From: Lama glama
Lineage: Eukaryota
Assembly (NCBI GenBank): GCA_028534125.1
Contig: CM052832.1
Span: 23,686,001 to 23,750,000 of the forward strand
Direction: 5' to 3'
DNA: 64,000 nt
Part shown: positions 62,051-64,000 of the stretch, piece after piece
Layout of the letters: each line of letters begins with the position of its first letter
How positions within the stretch are numbered: position 1 is the first letter of the stretch
Position numbers and translations under genes: made by a program
Notes under the pieces: generated by a model
Told to the model about the DNA's origin: nothing
Seen by the model: the letters and a program-made list of their open reading frames with translations, nothing else
The model's database searches: none

Positions 62051-62764
62051 AAGTAACAGCCAAGATTACTATAATCACAGAAACGTAAGGGAATTTTCAA
62101 GATGTCAGTGAAATCAAGGCTTCTTCTAGAGTCTTTTTTGTTTACATTTACGTAACAACCTAACGCTGAATCATGCTGGCGGAATTCCAGCCCGTATTGT
62201 TCTGCTCAGCCGATGACCACCTCCTCACCTCCACAACTTCCATGATCACCGTTGTACCTCCCCCCAGAGACAGATGCCACAGCTGGCCATGAGTACTGGG
62301 GGTATTACAAGTGCTAGCACTTAAGAGCAGGAGCAGGGTGCACACACGTATAGTTGTCAGAACTCTTACTGCCAGTTCAAGATGGGATAATGACAGGTAT
62401 TACTAAACGGAGGCTTCAAGGCAGGTAAGTCACTAAACCCAGCATCCACAGCCCTAGACACCAGGAAAGCTAGGCACGGGGCACCGACAGGGACGGCGTC
62501 CACGCCCGAAGCCTCTCACTGTCATGACTTAACAGTTCATGAAATGCTTAATCTTTAAAATGTATACTGAAGAGGGGTCTACACCATAATTGAAAACACT
62601 CAAACTTTTATTGAATAAACTATTACCATCTGTTATATGCCATGAAGAACCAACATCTTAAAAAATACTGTATCAAATGGTGTAAGTTATGAATTATACT
62701 GATTACTATACTTAAAAATTATTTTCATAAGTACACAGTAGATCAAGCTAAGAAAAGAACTTAC

Positions 62765-62904
62765 GTTGTAATGCTAACATTTGAGGACGGAATCACTAAA
62801 ACACGACTTGGTGCGATAAGCACTGATGTGTCACATGTCACCACTCGAAGCCCTAGCAGGAACTTCCCTGGGGTAGCTCCACCTGCTCCCCAAATGCAAA
62901 TTAT
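62765..62904 (-). CDS. FAM8A1: FAM8A1 penultimate exon (140 nt)
   Basis: Minus strand cttag|ATA ... AAC|gtaagt; IICIWGAGGATPGKFLLGLRVVTCDTSVLIAPSRVLVIPSSNVSIT, containing the RDD-type TPGK..LGLRVV motif. Confidence 0.96.
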
Positions 62905-63400
62905 CTAAGGAAAGAAGGATAATTTTAAAATAATTTACTGGCGCAAATACACCAATTTTAAAGGTAAATTTTCCTGCCATATGATTCATGTTTCAAAATT
63001 TTCAGGTTGAAACAATTTCATAGCATACTCAAAGGTTTACCTTTTAATGCATTTCTGCAGGTGTCTATCATTTTCAATACCACAAGATGTCTACAGTAAT
63101 ATTTCTCTATGACTCATTACATTTTTTAGCAAGTTGTTTCTATGGAAAAATCCATTTCAAGTTCCACAACCAATTTACAAGTATATTTTTGGACAACAAG
63201 ACTCAAATGCCTTACAAAGAAATTGTGAAGCATCTCCACTCAGAAAGTTTTAACTTGAAAAGTATTATGTTAAAACTTGGAAGAAATAGACATTTGATAA
63301 AATGTTACATGATTATAAATTTACATTACTTTTTTGTCTTGGGCTGATAATCTAAAATTAGATTGTTAAACATTAGTATTTGCTCAAGTCAGCAGCTTAC

Positions 63401-63524
63401 CTCATAGAAACAAACTAATAATCTGTATATAAGAGCCACAACCATCATTTTCTGCAAGTCTTCCATTGATGTGTCTTCATCTATTTCTTCTATTATATAA
63501 TGCATAGCAAACTTAGAGATATCC
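63401..63524 (-). CDS. FAM8A1: FAM8A1 third-last coding exon (124 nt), RDD-family membrane protein
   Basis: Minus strand gtgtag|GGAT ... GAG|gtaagc; DISKFAMHYIIEEIDEDTSMEDLQKMMVVALIYRLLVCFYE. FAM8A1 is the known tail-to-tail neighbour of NUP153. Confidence 0.95.
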
Positions 63525-63659
63525 CTACACAAAACAAAGTTTTGGTTTATAAAGAATTAGTTACCAGAGCAGATGCACTGATTTTTTCCCCATTATTGTA
63601 AATCTAAACTTTAACTGAAATCCTAAACTAATTTTTACATTTCCAACCATCTAGTTTTG

Positions 63660-64000
63660 CAGAGCATTCATTAGCTTATTCAACAAATAAGCAGCACTAT
63701 CATGAGCAGGCACTGTACCAGCCCTGGGGACACAAGGGTAAGTGAATTCAACATGGTGTCTGCTGTCCTGGAGATACTAACCAAGCAGGGAAAGCAGAGT
63801 AAATAATAACGAAGTGGGATAAGGGCTGTAACAGGGAACTGTAAGGTACTTGGAAACACACCAGGCACACCTAACTTCCTGAAGGCTTCTCAGAAATGAC
63901 ATTTAAGTGGAGATCTGAAGGATGAAGAGAAGTTAGCCAGACTAAGAAGGGAGAAATTCTAGAGAGAGGGACTAATGAAAGCCTTAAACCAGGACTGTGA
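63660..64000 (-). mobile_element. L2 3' end
   Basis: cattcatt..ttcaacaaata...ggcactgtaccagccctggggacaca...gagatctgaaggatgaa. Confidence 0.75.

Noticed and set aside
1..64000. CRISPR arrays, prokaryotic systems, retrogenes, NUMTs or endogenous viral genes
   Set aside because: No repeat-spacer arrays, operons, intronless gene copies, mitochondrial sequence or gag/pol/env-like sequence were recognised by eye.

Overview
This is mammalian genomic DNA, most likely from a camelid (alpaca, llama or camel), judged from its tRNA-derived Vic-1-type SINEs and young L1 3' ends. The + strand carries NUP153 from exon 2 to the 3' UTR. Its 21 GT-AG coding exons (1844-54525) total 4314 nt, or 1437 codons plus stop, and join in one unbroken frame. 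They encode four RanBP2-type zinc fingers and the FG-repeat C-terminus; exon 1 lies upstream of the window. The last three coding exons and a 3' UTR of about 3.3 kb of FAM8A1 lie on the - strand, convergent with NUP153, leaving a gap of about 2.3 kb. Introns are filled with L1, L2, MIR and SINE fragments. I find no evidence of a wholly new biological system. The best leads are: an in-frame alternative acceptor at exon 15; a stop-containing cassette-like exon in intron 11; a sense SINE with AATAAA arrays 34 nt upstream of exon 12; a solo retroposed L1 5' end; serial insertions at one target site; a 5'-inverted L1; local AT-to-GC-shifted patches; and substitutions in the capsid-binding tail. Exon numbering and human comparisons are from memory, and repeat boundaries are approximate.
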